A stretch of DNA of 64,000 nucleotides from Gemmatimonadales bacterium (GTDB lineage Bacteria > Gemmatimonadota > Gemmatimonadetes > Gemmatimonadales > GWC2-71-9). Below, in pieces: positions 17,507-25,206 of the stretch (positions are counted from its first letter, which is position 1; each line of letters begins with the position of its first letter). Location of the stretch: assembly GCA_035577025.1 (NCBI GenBank), contig DATLVU010000027.1, forward strand, positions 6,021 to 70,020, given 5' to 3'. Below the pieces are notes generated by a model. That model was not told where the DNA came from. It saw nothing but the letters and a program-made list of their open reading frames with translations, and did not search any database. A program made the translations under genes and the position numbers.

Positions 17507-18196
17507 GACCCATGAGCACCAGATGCTCACCTCGTACAGGAGCATGAGCAGGACGATGCCGACGAGCATCGAGAGGGCGTCCGGGGGCGCGAGCAGCGCG
17601 GCCGCGACGGCGGCGATGCCCAGGGCATAGCGGCGATTGCGACCGAGGAATTGCGGCGTCACGAGCCGGAGGGCGGTGAGGATCACGATGACGAGCGGCA
17701 GCTCCATCGCGAGCCCGATGGCGATCAGGAACTGCGACGCGAACCCAAAGTAGCCGTCCGCGGTAATGATCGGCGAGAACACCTGCGGCTGGAAGCTGAA
17801 CAGCATGCGGAGGATATGCGGCAGCACCCACTGGAAAGCGATCGCGGCGCCGCTCAAGAACAGCAGCACCCCGACCGAGAGCGCCGGCACGATCAGCCGC
17901 TTCTCGCGAGGGTACAGCGCCGGCGCCAGGAACGCCCACGCCTGGTAGATGAGCACCGGTGACGCCATCACGAGCCCCAGGACGAAGGCGAACTTGAGCG
18001 TGATGAGGAACGGCTCGGTGGGACTGGTGAACCGGAGCTTGCCGTCCGGCAAGAGCGGGATGATGGGACGCATCAGAAGGCCGATCACGTCCACGCGGTC
18101 CACGATCAGCCAGCCCACCAGGCTCGCGAGCAGGACGGCCACGAGGCTCTTGAGAATGCGCCAACGCAGCTCCTCGAGGTGATCGAGGAACGGCAT
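14693..18196 (-). CDS. tatC: Uninterrupted 1167-codon ORF: TatC fused in frame to an LptD-like outer-membrane beta-barrel (as assembled)
   Basis: ORF track 14693..18250. ATG 18194-18196 gives MPFLDHLEELRWRILK, a typical TatC start. There is no stop before 14693. See the findings for the junction analysis. Confidence 0.6.
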   Translation of the reverse strand: MPFLDHLEELRWRILKSLVAVLLASLVGWLIVDRVDVIGLLMRPIIPLLPDGKLRFTSPTEPFLITLKFAFVLGLVMASPVLIYQAWAFLAPALYPREKRLIVPALSVGVLLFLSGAAIAFQWVLPHILRMLFSFQPQVFSPIITADGYFGFASQFLIAIGLAMELPLVIVILTALRLVTPQFLGRNRRYALGIAAVAAALLAPPDALSMLVGIVLLMLLYEVSIWCSWVVTRRRARREKEGEGGASAAGATGLTVVLLVIAGSLGAQTPPFSRPPFRTDTTKARPPADSVQGQALDTAKARKLGLPTGPTRSFPPTDAVMDSLMKLPGFRLTQYVADTLVVQGGDTQTIHLRGEGFVDREGTRLQADTIRYRQRSCRLDAMGDPQLFDKATVMVGEGMKYDTCVKRGTVTKALTSFQQGSANWLIRGDLAVDSGSTRLYGAHSEVTSDDNPVPDYHFGTGEMKWLNKNVMVARPAVLYVRDVPIMWLPFIFQDVRKGRRSGILVPRFGLNDIVRPVRSYQRHLSNFGYYFVVNDYVDFLLSGDWYAGRYFAYRAQTRYKWLDRFIDGGLSFERYSELDASSNSIRLGWQHQQSFSSRTRFNANIDYSSNTSVIQTNTVNPYLAAASLHSALTFIKQFDWGTLNIGGNRSQEIGSGLISQTFPSVSLTPSPVNIGSAITWSPGFSFTNNQSFHQGPTPFVVPGTGGALDTLALFADNRTTQLSFQTPLRIGSWNWSNSFSVNDVISNARQEVDIPDSTAPGGFRRVLFNQTFSTTVDWNTGINLPSFFPSTWKLQPGIAIVNQTSAGPYMIRNQYTNGNFVQQGKRLQFSVGTTPTFFGFFPGFGPIARIRHSISPIISYAFAPGATVSEAYRNAIDPTHQLLNSGSDPQQTISLGLSQNFEAKLKPPAGDTTAQAAARKLRLLSINTSSIQYNFEQAKQPGHTGWQTQTLSNSFGSDLLPGFSLTITHDLWKGQVGLDTAKFDPFLTSVTANFSITPATIHGIGSLFGLGKPGTTQTPTPTQPTGPAPGMPPDPYGTKSFLPPGAPTGGQGFNLSVQYTESRSRPVAPLPGSTVLAGISAATQRQAGLNLSFQPTTKWSANWTSQYDFVARQFAAHVISLQRDLHRWHASFSFSKSPNGNFAFSFYVSLLDQPDIKFNYQQQSFAQ
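17488..18196 (-). other. tatC: TatC domain of the fused ORF
   Basis: About 236 aa with six hydrophobic segments, including FLITLKFAFVLGLVMASPVLIYQAWAFLAPALY and ending ...LLYEVSIWCSWVVTRRRARR. Confidence 0.8.
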
Positions 18197-18268
18197 TTCG
18201 GCCCGGTTGTCCCGCGCCCCGGAATCGGCCACGCCGGCTCCCCCCCTCAACCTCCGGACCTGGAGCGG

Positions 18269-19057
18269 CTAGCGCCCCAGGCGTTGGAGCTTGTCGCGCG
18301 CGAGATTCGCCTCTTGGGAGCGCGGGTAGCTGCCGATCACCCGGGAGAAGTACTGCCGGGCGGCCGCCTTTTCCCCCCGCTGCTCGGCGAGGAGGCCCAA
18401 CTTGTAGAGGGCGGACGGCGCCCGCGACGAAGTGGGATAGGTCTTCACGACCAGTTGATACACCGCGGCCGCCGAATCCGCGTTCTCTCCGGCGAAGGAT
18501 TCGCCGATGAAATAGAGCGCATCGGGAGCGCGCTCGTTGGTGGGGAACATCCTGAGGAACTCCCGGAAGCCCAGGCGGGCCGTCGAGTAGCGGCTGGCCC
18601 GATACTGCTGATACGCCAGGTCGTACATCTGGTCCGGCCCGGGGCCCGCTGGGTTGCCCGACGGTCCGACCGGTACGCCCGGGCCGGCCTTCGTGGTGTC
18701 GAGCACCGGCACGGGTTGGCGCGCCTGCTCCTCCAGGCGGCCCCGCAGCTCGGTGAGCCGCTGCTGGCTCTGGCCCGTGAGCTCCTGGACCGACACGAGC
18801 TGCTGCTGCACCGCGAGGAGATCGGTCTTCATGTCGCCGCGCACCTGGACCAGGTACGCTTGCTGGGCCACGACCTTGTCCTGGACCGCGGCGAGGAGGG
18901 CACGGACCGTGTCAATCTGCGCCGCGTGGAGGCTGTCGGCGCGGGCACGCTCCACGCGCAACGCCTCGACCTGGAGCTCGACCTTCCGGACGTCGCCTTT
19001 CAGCGCGCATCCGGCGGTGAGCCCCAGGCCGAGGAGCAACGGGAACGGTCGGTTCAC
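18269..19057 (-). CDS. cpoB: Tol-Pal system protein YbgF/CpoB
   Basis: It has a lipobox (LGLTAGC), a coiled-coil segment and a C-terminal TPR domain (YDLAYQQYRASRYSTARLGFREFLRMFP...). Its position is downstream of pal. Confidence 0.8.
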   Translation of the reverse strand: MNRPFPLLLGLGLTAGCALKGDVRKVELQVEALRVERARADSLHAAQIDTVRALLAAVQDKVVAQQAYLVQVRGDMKTDLLAVQQQLVSVQELTGQSQQRLTELRGRLEEQARQPVPVLDTTKAGPGVPVGPSGNPAGPGPDQMYDLAYQQYRASRYSTARLGFREFLRMFPTNERAPDALYFIGESFAGENADSAAAVYQLVVKTYPTSSRAPSALYKLGLLAEQRGEKAAARQYFSRVIGSYPRSQEANLARDKLQRLGR

Positions 19058-19070
19058 CGGTGAGCCGCCG

Positions 19071-19688
19071 TTACGGCTGCTTCAGGGCGTCCCCGCCGGC
19101 GAGAATCTCGGTCTCGTCGCGACGGTTCTTGGCCCAAGCCTCTTCATTGTGAGCGGGGTCGAGGGGCCGCTCCTCGCCGTACGACGCGGTCTCGATGCGA
19201 CCGGCGTCGATGCCGTGGCTCACCAGGTACTGTTTGGCCGCGGTCGCCCGGCGGTTGCCGAGCGCGAGGTTGTACTCGTCGGACCCGCGCTCGTCACAGT
19301 GCCCGCTGATGCGGATCCGCAACCCCGGGTTGGCCTGCAGGATCGAGACCTTCTGGTCGAGGATGGCAGCGTCGCCGCCGCGGATGATCGACTTGTCGAA
19401 GTCGAAGTGAATCAACGTGGCGAGCAGCGTCTTCACCGCGTCGGTCGAGCGCCCCATGGCGGCCAGCGAATCGGCGATCCGCTGCCGGCGCTCGGCCTCC
19501 TCCTTGGCCCTACGGTCTGCTTCAGCCTGTGCCCGCGCGGCGGAATCCGCCCGCTCCTTCTCGGCCTGCGCGATCGAGTCCGCGTTGGGCCCGGCCGGGG
19601 CAGGCGTCGTCTCCGGCTTTTTCCCGCCGCACGCGGCGACTGCCATGATTGCGAGACCGCCCAGCAGCAGCAAGGATAGGCGTTTCAT
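19071..19688 (-). CDS. pal: Peptidoglycan-associated lipoprotein (OmpA family)
   Basis: It has a lipobox (IMAVAAC) and an OmpA-like domain (FDFDKSIIRGGDAAILD...GHCDERGSDEYNLALGNRRA). Confidence 0.85.
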   Translation of the reverse strand: MKRLSLLLLGGLAIMAVAACGGKKPETTPAPAGPNADSIAQAEKERADSAARAQAEADRRAKEEAERRQRIADSLAAMGRSTDAVKTLLATLIHFDFDKSIIRGGDAAILDQKVSILQANPGLRIRISGHCDERGSDEYNLALGNRRATAAKQYLVSHGIDAGRIETASYGEERPLDPAHNEEAWAKNRRDETEILAGGDALKQP

Positions 19689-19710
19689 CGGTTCCTTGTC
19701 CTCTCAGATA

Positions 19711-21111
19711 TCAAGGGGTCGACGAAGCGGTCTCCGGCAAGCGCGGAGACCAGGCCGGCAAGCGCGCGCCGCTCTTTTGCAGCAGCGGGCGAATGCGGCC
19801 GGTTTCCAAATCGATGATCCAGAGCTGCCGATACCCCGAACGATCCGACACAAACGCCATATGACGACTGTCGGGTGCCCAGGTTGGATCTTCGTTCCGC
19901 CCGACCGAGGTGAGCTGTCGCACCGCGCGCGTCCGGACGTCCAGCACGAACACCTGCAAGGTACCGCCGACGTCGCGGTGGAAGGCGACGGATTGTCCGT
20001 CGGGCGACCACTCCGGCGCGTTGGACGAACCGGTGGCGCCATAATCGAACGGCGCGAGTAGCTGTTGGTCCGTCCCGTCCGCCGCCATCGCATAGATTTG
20101 CGGCAGCCCGGCTCGCGTCGACACGAACGCGATCCGCTGGCCGTCGGGACTGTAGGTCGGTGACAAGTTGTCGTAAAAGCGGCCTACGGTCAAGCGTTGC
20201 AAGCAACAGCCATCCTTGATGTTGACCGTGTACAAGTCGGTCCCTTCCTCCGTCGCACGGCTGAATGCCAGCGTCTTGCCGTCCGGCGAGAACGCCGGGG
20301 TGAAGTCCAGCGCCTGGCCGCTCGTCGCAGCCGCCGTGCGCTTCCCGCTCGCCACGTCTTGTATGAACAACCGGCCGTGTCCCTCCCAGAACTCCATGTA
20401 CGCGAACCGCCGCCCGTCCGCCGCCCACGAGGGTGACATCGCCGAGTGATCACTCGAGGATACGAGGCGTTGATCCGCTCCGTCCTGGTCGATGGCGTAC
20501 ACCTTCCCTTCCATGACGAACAGCACCCGGGTGGCCGCCATGCCGCCTACGCCCAGCGCCGCCTCGATGGCACGATCGGACACCCGATGGACCGCCATGC
20601 GGAATCCCGGATCGGTGAGCGCCGGCAGGCGCACCCGGAACTCGCGCCGGACGCCGCCACTGGCGACGTCGTGCACGGTGACGACCTGCGAATCGCCCGG
20701 GGTCGGCGCGATGGTCACGGCGAAGTCCGCTCCCAGCGCCTGGTACAACGGATAGTTCAGTCCACCGGCGGCCGCCGCGCCGCCGCCGCGCGTCGTCGGC
20801 GTGGAAGGCGGGGCGACCACACTGGCCCTGAGGGAGTCACCGCCCGGCAGCGTGATCAGCTCGAAGCGGTCGCTATAGTCCAGGTCGCGCGCCACGATGG
20901 CGCGCACCGAATCGAGGACCGGCCCCCGACCCGGCAGCACGACCATCCCCGGCCGCACGCCCGGCCGGTACGTGAGACCGATCCGCACGCCGCGGTCGAC
21001 GGCGGACGTGTCCTGGGCGACTAGACGGCTAGACGGATAGACGGCTAGAAGCACCGCAAGCAGCGTGGCGCGTCTAGCCGTCCAACCGTCGAGCCGTCTC
21101 GTCGTCTTCAT
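19711..21111 (-). CDS. tolB: Tol-Pal system beta-propeller protein TolB
   Basis: 466 aa with repeated blades PAFSPDGKTLAF, PTYSPDGQRIAF, PEWSPDGQSVAF and PTWAPDSRHMAF. An ATGA overlap links it to the upstream gene. Confidence 0.9.
   Translation of the reverse strand: MKTTRRLDGWTARRATLLAVLLAVYPSSRLVAQDTSAVDRGVRIGLTYRPGVRPGMVVLPGRGPVLDSVRAIVARDLDYSDRFELITLPGGDSLRASVVAPPSTPTTRGGGAAAAGGLNYPLYQALGADFAVTIAPTPGDSQVVTVHDVASGGVRREFRVRLPALTDPGFRMAVHRVSDRAIEAALGVGGMAATRVLFVMEGKVYAIDQDGADQRLVSSSDHSAMSPSWAADGRRFAYMEFWEGHGRLFIQDVASGKRTAAATSGQALDFTPAFSPDGKTLAFSRATEEGTDLYTVNIKDGCCLQRLTVGRFYDNLSPTYSPDGQRIAFVSTRAGLPQIYAMAADGTDQQLLAPFDYGATGSSNAPEWSPDGQSVAFHRDVGGTLQVFVLDVRTRAVRQLTSVGRNEDPTWAPDSRHMAFVSDRSGYRQLWIIDLETGRIRPLLQKSGARLPAWSPRLPETASSTP
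21021..21082. repeat. Tandem CTAGACGG octamers (about 3.6 copies, 21021-21049) plus an inverted 12-mer CGTCTAGCCGTC (21071-21082) inside tolB codons ~10-31
   Basis: Read directly: ctagacgg ctagacgg atagacgg ctaga ... cgtctagccgtc. GACGGCTAGACG (21024-21035) is the exact reverse complement of 21071-21082. Confidence 0.7.
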
Positions 21112-21794
21112 TGCCTAGTCCCCGAGAAGTAAAACCGCACGAACAGCACGTCCGATTTCCATCCGTCCGGGAGCGGCCCGAACACCTTGAAGCGCCCGGC
21201 CTCCTCGACGGCGCCCTGTGCCTCGAGGTCGAACGCGAAACTGCCCGAGCGGCGGACGAACTGCATACCGCTCACGGACCCGTCCCGATGCACGAAGAAC
21301 GACACCTCCGCCTCGAGGGGGGTGCTCTGGTACGGGCGCTGCCAGCGCTTCGCGATCTGTACGATGATGTTGTTCGTGTACTCCGGAAATGGAAACTCGA
21401 CGCCCTCGGTCGACACGGTGAGGGGATCGGAACCGGTGGAGGGTCGCTCGCCCGGCAGTGGTTGCGCGTTCGGCGTAGTACGTGGAGCTGCCTCCCGTTT
21501 GGTATTGTCCGCGACCGGGGGTGGCGCCGCTTTGGACACCGTGCTCTTGGGCGTCGGCGCTTTCGGCGCCGGGGCCGGCTTCTCTTCTGCTGGACGATCG
21601 ACCGCGGGCGGCGCCTTCCGCTCCTCCGGGGTCGGCTCGGGCGCAGCCACCAAGTGCACGCGATAGGTCGGCGGCGCGGTCTTGCGGGCATCCGCGGCCG
21701 AGGCGATGAAGAACAGCGCCGCGAGCGCGTGCACCGCCACCGTGCCCGCAAGGCCCACCCGAACGCTGGCCTGACCCCGCGAGCGGGACTTCAC
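21108..21794 (-). CDS. TonB-family energy transducer in the TolA position
   Basis: It has an N-terminal TM helix, a Pro/Lys/Ala-rich spacer and a TonB_C-like C-terminal domain. It lies between tolR and tolB with GTGA and ATGA overlaps. Confidence 0.7.
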   Translation of the reverse strand: MKSRSRGQASVRVGLAGTVAVHALAALFFIASAADARKTAPPTYRVHLVAAPEPTPEERKAPPAVDRPAEEKPAPAPKAPTPKSTVSKAAPPPVADNTKREAAPRTTPNAQPLPGERPSTGSDPLTVSTEGVEFPFPEYTNNIIVQIAKRWQRPYQSTPLEAEVSFFVHRDGSVSGMQFVRRSGSFAFDLEAQGAVEEAGRFKVFGPLPDGWKSDVLFVRFYFSGTRQ

Positions 21795-22228
21795 CGCTGC
21801 ACCACCTCCGGCTCCGCCACGAGTCCGACGTCGTTCACCCCCGCCGCTCGAATCACCGCGAGAACCTGGACCACGTCGCCATACGGCACCCGACTGTCGG
21901 CTCGGAGGTACACCCCGGTCGGGCGTTTGGTTCGCACGAAGGCCGGAAACGTCGCCCGGAAGTCCTCATAGGAGAGGGGGGCCTGATCGATGAAGATGTG
22001 GCCCTCCCGGTCGAGCGTCACCACGAGGCCGGACTTGGGCTCGAGTGGGCGGGCTTCGGCGCGCGGCAGGCGCACATCCACACCGCCCTGCATGATCGGC
22101 GCGGTGATCATGAAGATGATGAGCAGCACGAAGGCCACGTCCACGAGCGACGTGACGTTGATATCCGCGTTGAGCGGCAGTTCGCCGTGCCCGCGCAAAC
22201 CGCCGCCGCCACCCACGAGACCGGCCAC
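21791..22228 (-). CDS. tolR: Biopolymer transport protein ExbD/TolR
   Basis: 145 aa with a single TM helix (LVDVAFVLLIIFMITAPIM) and a typical ExbD/TolR fold region. Confidence 0.85.
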   Translation of the reverse strand: MAGLVGGGGGLRGHGELPLNADINVTSLVDVAFVLLIIFMITAPIMQGGVDVRLPRAEARPLEPKSGLVVTLDREGHIFIDQAPLSYEDFRATFPAFVRTKRPTGVYLRADSRVPYGDVVQVLAVIRAAGVNDVGLVAEPEVVQR

Positions 22229-22950
22229 TAGAGCCTCCCTTCGCGTGCCATGGTCGCGATGATCTCCTGGGCGAAGCCTTCCAGCTCACCCGCGAAGAGG
22301 CCCAGACGATTCACGAAGAGGTTGTACGCCATGACCGACGGCACGGCCACCGCCAGGCCACCGACGGTGGTGACGAGCGCCTCCGCCACGCCCGGTGCCA
22401 CGGCGCCGATGTTGCCGGAGCCGCCGACCGCGATGCCGATAAAGGCGTCCATCACGCCGAGCACCGTCCCGAGCAGGCCGAGCAGCGGGCTGACCGAGCC
22501 GAAGGTCGCGAGCCACGGGATGAACCTGGCGGCCGCGTCCCGCTCGGCGGCGATCTCCTTCGCGAGGACCATCCGCAGGGCTTCCAGCTGCGTCGCCGTC
22601 AGTGTGGCCTGCGTGGTCACGCCCGGGCCGTTTTCCTTGAGCCCACCCGGCCTGAGCTCGGAAAAGAAGTGGATCGCTTCACGCAGGAGACGGTTGTACG
22701 GCGAGGAGGGCAGGCGCATGGCGGCATGATACGCGTCGTCCAGCCGGGGCGCGCGCTCGATCTCGTGCATGAAGCGATCGGCCTGGTGCCGCATGCGCCG
22801 AAACTGCCACCACTTGAGGAAGATCAGATACCATGAGGCGATGGAGAACACGACCAGAATCGCGAGCACGAACTTGGTCTCGCGACTCGACGTGAGCACC
22901 AGCTCCCAGGGCGTCGTGGGAACTGCCCGGCCTACTTGTAGGAGTAGCAC
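22228..22950 (-). CDS. tolQ: MotA/TolQ/ExbB proton channel
   Basis: 240 aa with three TM segments and a conserved C-terminal half (LATFGSVSPLLGLLGTVLGVMDAF). Confidence 0.85.
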   Translation of the reverse strand: MLLLQVGRAVPTTPWELVLTSSRETKFVLAILVVFSIASWYLIFLKWWQFRRMRHQADRFMHEIERAPRLDDAYHAAMRLPSSPYNRLLREAIHFFSELRPGGLKENGPGVTTQATLTATQLEALRMVLAKEIAAERDAAARFIPWLATFGSVSPLLGLLGTVLGVMDAFIGIAVGGSGNIGAVAPGVAEALVTTVGGLAVAVPSVMAYNLFVNRLGLFAGELEGFAQEIIATMAREGRL

Positions 22951-22962
22951 GCTGTCAGCCTC

Positions 22963-23946
22963 CTAGTTCCGGTACCCGCGCGGGTGCGCACGGTGCCAGT
23001 CCCATGCACTCGACAGGATCTCCTCGAGACTGGAATGGGTCGGCCGCCAGTCGAGCAGCCGTTCGGCGCGGCCGCGGGCCGCGACCAGACAGGGCGGATC
23101 TCCCAACCGGCGGGGGGCGACGACCGTCGGGATCGCGTGGCCGGTCACGTGCCGCGCGGCGGCGACGACCGCGAGCACGGAGTGCCCGGCGCCGGTCCCC
23201 AGGTTCACGGCGACCGCGCCGTTCAGGGCGGCGTCGAGCGCTCGGATGTGAGCGTCCGCGAGGTCGAGCACGTGGATGTAATCGCGGATGGCCGTGCCGT
23301 CCGCCGTCGGGTAGTCTGCACCGTATACCTCGAGCGTAGGGGCGCGACCCTGCGCCACCCTCAGGATATTCGGGACCAGATGCGTCTCCGGCTCGTGGTC
23401 CTCGCCGTAGCGCGCGGTGGCCCCGGCGGCATTGAAGTAGCGCAGGCTCACCGAGGCCAGCCCGTCGCTCTCGGCCAGGCGCGCGAGCAACGCCTCGAAT
23501 TCCGCCTTCGTCTCCCCGTAGGGATTGAGCGGCGCGACCGGCGCGTCCTCGGTGATCGGCTCCGCGCCGCGCGCGCCGTAGATCGTGCACGACGACGAGA
23601 AGATGACGCGGCGCACACCGGCCGCGAGCGCGGTTTCGAGCAGCACCCGGCCCGCGGTGACGTTGTTGGCGTGGTATTTCGCGGGATCGGCCACCGATTC
23701 GGCGACGAGGGCGAAGGCCGCGAAGTGCATCAGGGCGTCGATCGAGCGCCCGGCGAACAGTGCGTCGAGCACCGGGCGGTCGCCCACGTTCCCGCGAATG
23801 AACTCGACGCCCGCGGGAACGGCGGCGCGATGGCCCGTGCTCAGATCATCGAGGACGATCGGGGTCTCGCCCCGCGCCAGGAGCTGCTCGACGGCGACGC
23901 TACCAATGTATCCCGCCCCGCCGGTCACCAAGATGTTACGCCCCAT
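22963..23946 (-). CDS. galE: UDP-glucose 4-epimerase
   Basis: SDR motifs VTGGAGYIGS and YGETKAEFE are present. 327 aa. Confidence 0.85.
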   Translation of the reverse strand: MGRNILVTGGAGYIGSVAVEQLLARGETPIVLDDLSTGHRAAVPAGVEFIRGNVGDRPVLDALFAGRSIDALMHFAAFALVAESVADPAKYHANNVTAGRVLLETALAAGVRRVIFSSSCTIYGARGAEPITEDAPVAPLNPYGETKAEFEALLARLAESDGLASVSLRYFNAAGATARYGEDHEPETHLVPNILRVAQGRAPTLEVYGADYPTADGTAIRDYIHVLDLADAHIRALDAALNGAVAVNLGTGAGHSVLAVVAAARHVTGHAIPTVVAPRRLGDPPCLVAARGRAERLLDWRPTHSSLEEILSSAWDWHRAHPRGYRN

Positions 23947-25195
23947 CGCGCGGTTCCAGACCGAACAGGCGCTTGAGCGCTTCGAGGAGACCGTACCCCC
24001 GACCCGCGCCGGCGGCTTCCTTCAGCGCGATCGTGGGTTGGTGCAGAAACTTGTTGAGCAGCGCGTGACTGAACTGTTCGAGCTGGGCGCGATCCTCGGG
24101 GGTCAGATGCATGCGGCGCAGCGCCCGTCCGACCTCGTCCGCCCGAACGCGCTCCATCTGATCGCGCAGCTCTTTGAGCACCGGTACGACGGCCAGGCCA
24201 CCGTACCAGGCCCAGTATCGCTCCACTTCCTCGCTCACGATGTGCTCGGCCGCGGGGATGTCGCTGCGCCGCTGGGAGGCGGCCTGGGCCGCGACCGCCT
24301 GGAGATCGTCGATATCGTAGAGGAACACGTTCTCGAGCTGCGCCACCGCGGGATCGACGTCGCGTGGCACGGCGAGGTCGAGGATGCAGAGCGGCCGGCC
24401 CCCGCGCCGGGCGACGGCGGGTGCCACGCGATCCCAGGTCACCACCGTGTGGGGGGCCGCCGTGGAGCACAACACGATGTCCGCGTCGGCGAAGTGCTCC
24501 CACGCTTCGTCCAGCGTGAGGGCGCGCGCGTGGAGATCTTCGGCGATGGCCCGGGCGCGCTCGTACGTTCGGTTGGCCACGATCGTCACGCGGACGCCCT
24601 CGGACGCGAGGCACGTCGCGGCGAGCTCGGCCATGTCGCCGGCGCCGAGGATCAGGGCCGAGCGCCCGGCCAGGTGGGTGAAGATCTTGGAGGCCACGGC
24701 GACCGCGGCGGAGGGTGCGGACGCGGCCCCGGTGGCCAGGCCGGTTTCGCTCCGCACGCGCGCGCCCACGAGCAGCGCCGACTGGAACAAGCGATGTAAC
24801 GCCGGTCCGGCCTGCGCCTTGGAGAGCTCCCAGGCGTCCCGGACCTGGCCCTGGATCTGTGTTTCCCCGAGGATCATGGAGTCCAACCCGGCCGACACGC
24901 GATACAAATGACGAACGGCCTCGCGGTCGCGCTGGGTGTAGCCGTACTCACTTGCCCCGCGGGCGGCGCCGAGGCGCTCGGAAAGCAGCGCCCACACCGC
25001 TTCGGGCACGGCGTCGTCGGGATCCGTGAGGTAGAACTCGGTCCGATTGCACGTGGAGAGCAGGACGCCGCCCCGGGCGCCGGCAGCCAACACGCGCTCG
25101 AGCGAGGTCGGGATCTCGCCCGGCCCGTGGGCGAAGCGCTCGCGCACCTCCAGCGGCGCCGTCCGATGGTTCACGCCCAGTACGGTGATGCTCAT
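23936..25195 (-). CDS. hemA: Glutamyl-tRNA reductase
   Basis: ATG 25193-25195 gives MSITVLGVNHRTAPLEVRERF. The catalytic Cys context is LLSTCNRTEFY and the NADPH site is ILGAGDMAEL. The ORF-track extension to 25645 overlaps the upstream gene and was trimmed. Confidence 0.9.
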   Translation of the reverse strand: MSITVLGVNHRTAPLEVRERFAHGPGEIPTSLERVLAAGARGGVLLSTCNRTEFYLTDPDDAVPEAVWALLSERLGAARGASEYGYTQRDREAVRHLYRVSAGLDSMILGETQIQGQVRDAWELSKAQAGPALHRLFQSALLVGARVRSETGLATGAASAPSAAVAVASKIFTHLAGRSALILGAGDMAELAATCLASEGVRVTIVANRTYERARAIAEDLHARALTLDEAWEHFADADIVLCSTAAPHTVVTWDRVAPAVARRGGRPLCILDLAVPRDVDPAVAQLENVFLYDIDDLQAVAAQAASQRRSDIPAAEHIVSEEVERYWAWYGGLAVVPVLKELRDQMERVRADEVGRALRRMHLTPEDRAQLEQFSHALLNKFLHQPTIALKEAAGAGRGYGLLEALKRLFGLEPRDGA

Positions 25196-25206
25196 CGCAC
25201 CCGCCC

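Noticed and set aside
18269-22950. The Tol-Pal block with a TonB-like protein instead of a classical TolA, considered as a possibly unusual system.
   Set aside because: TolA and TonB C-terminal domains are homologous, and the gene order tolQ, tolR, tolA-like, tolB, pal, cpoB is canonical. Nothing here is beyond normal family variation.
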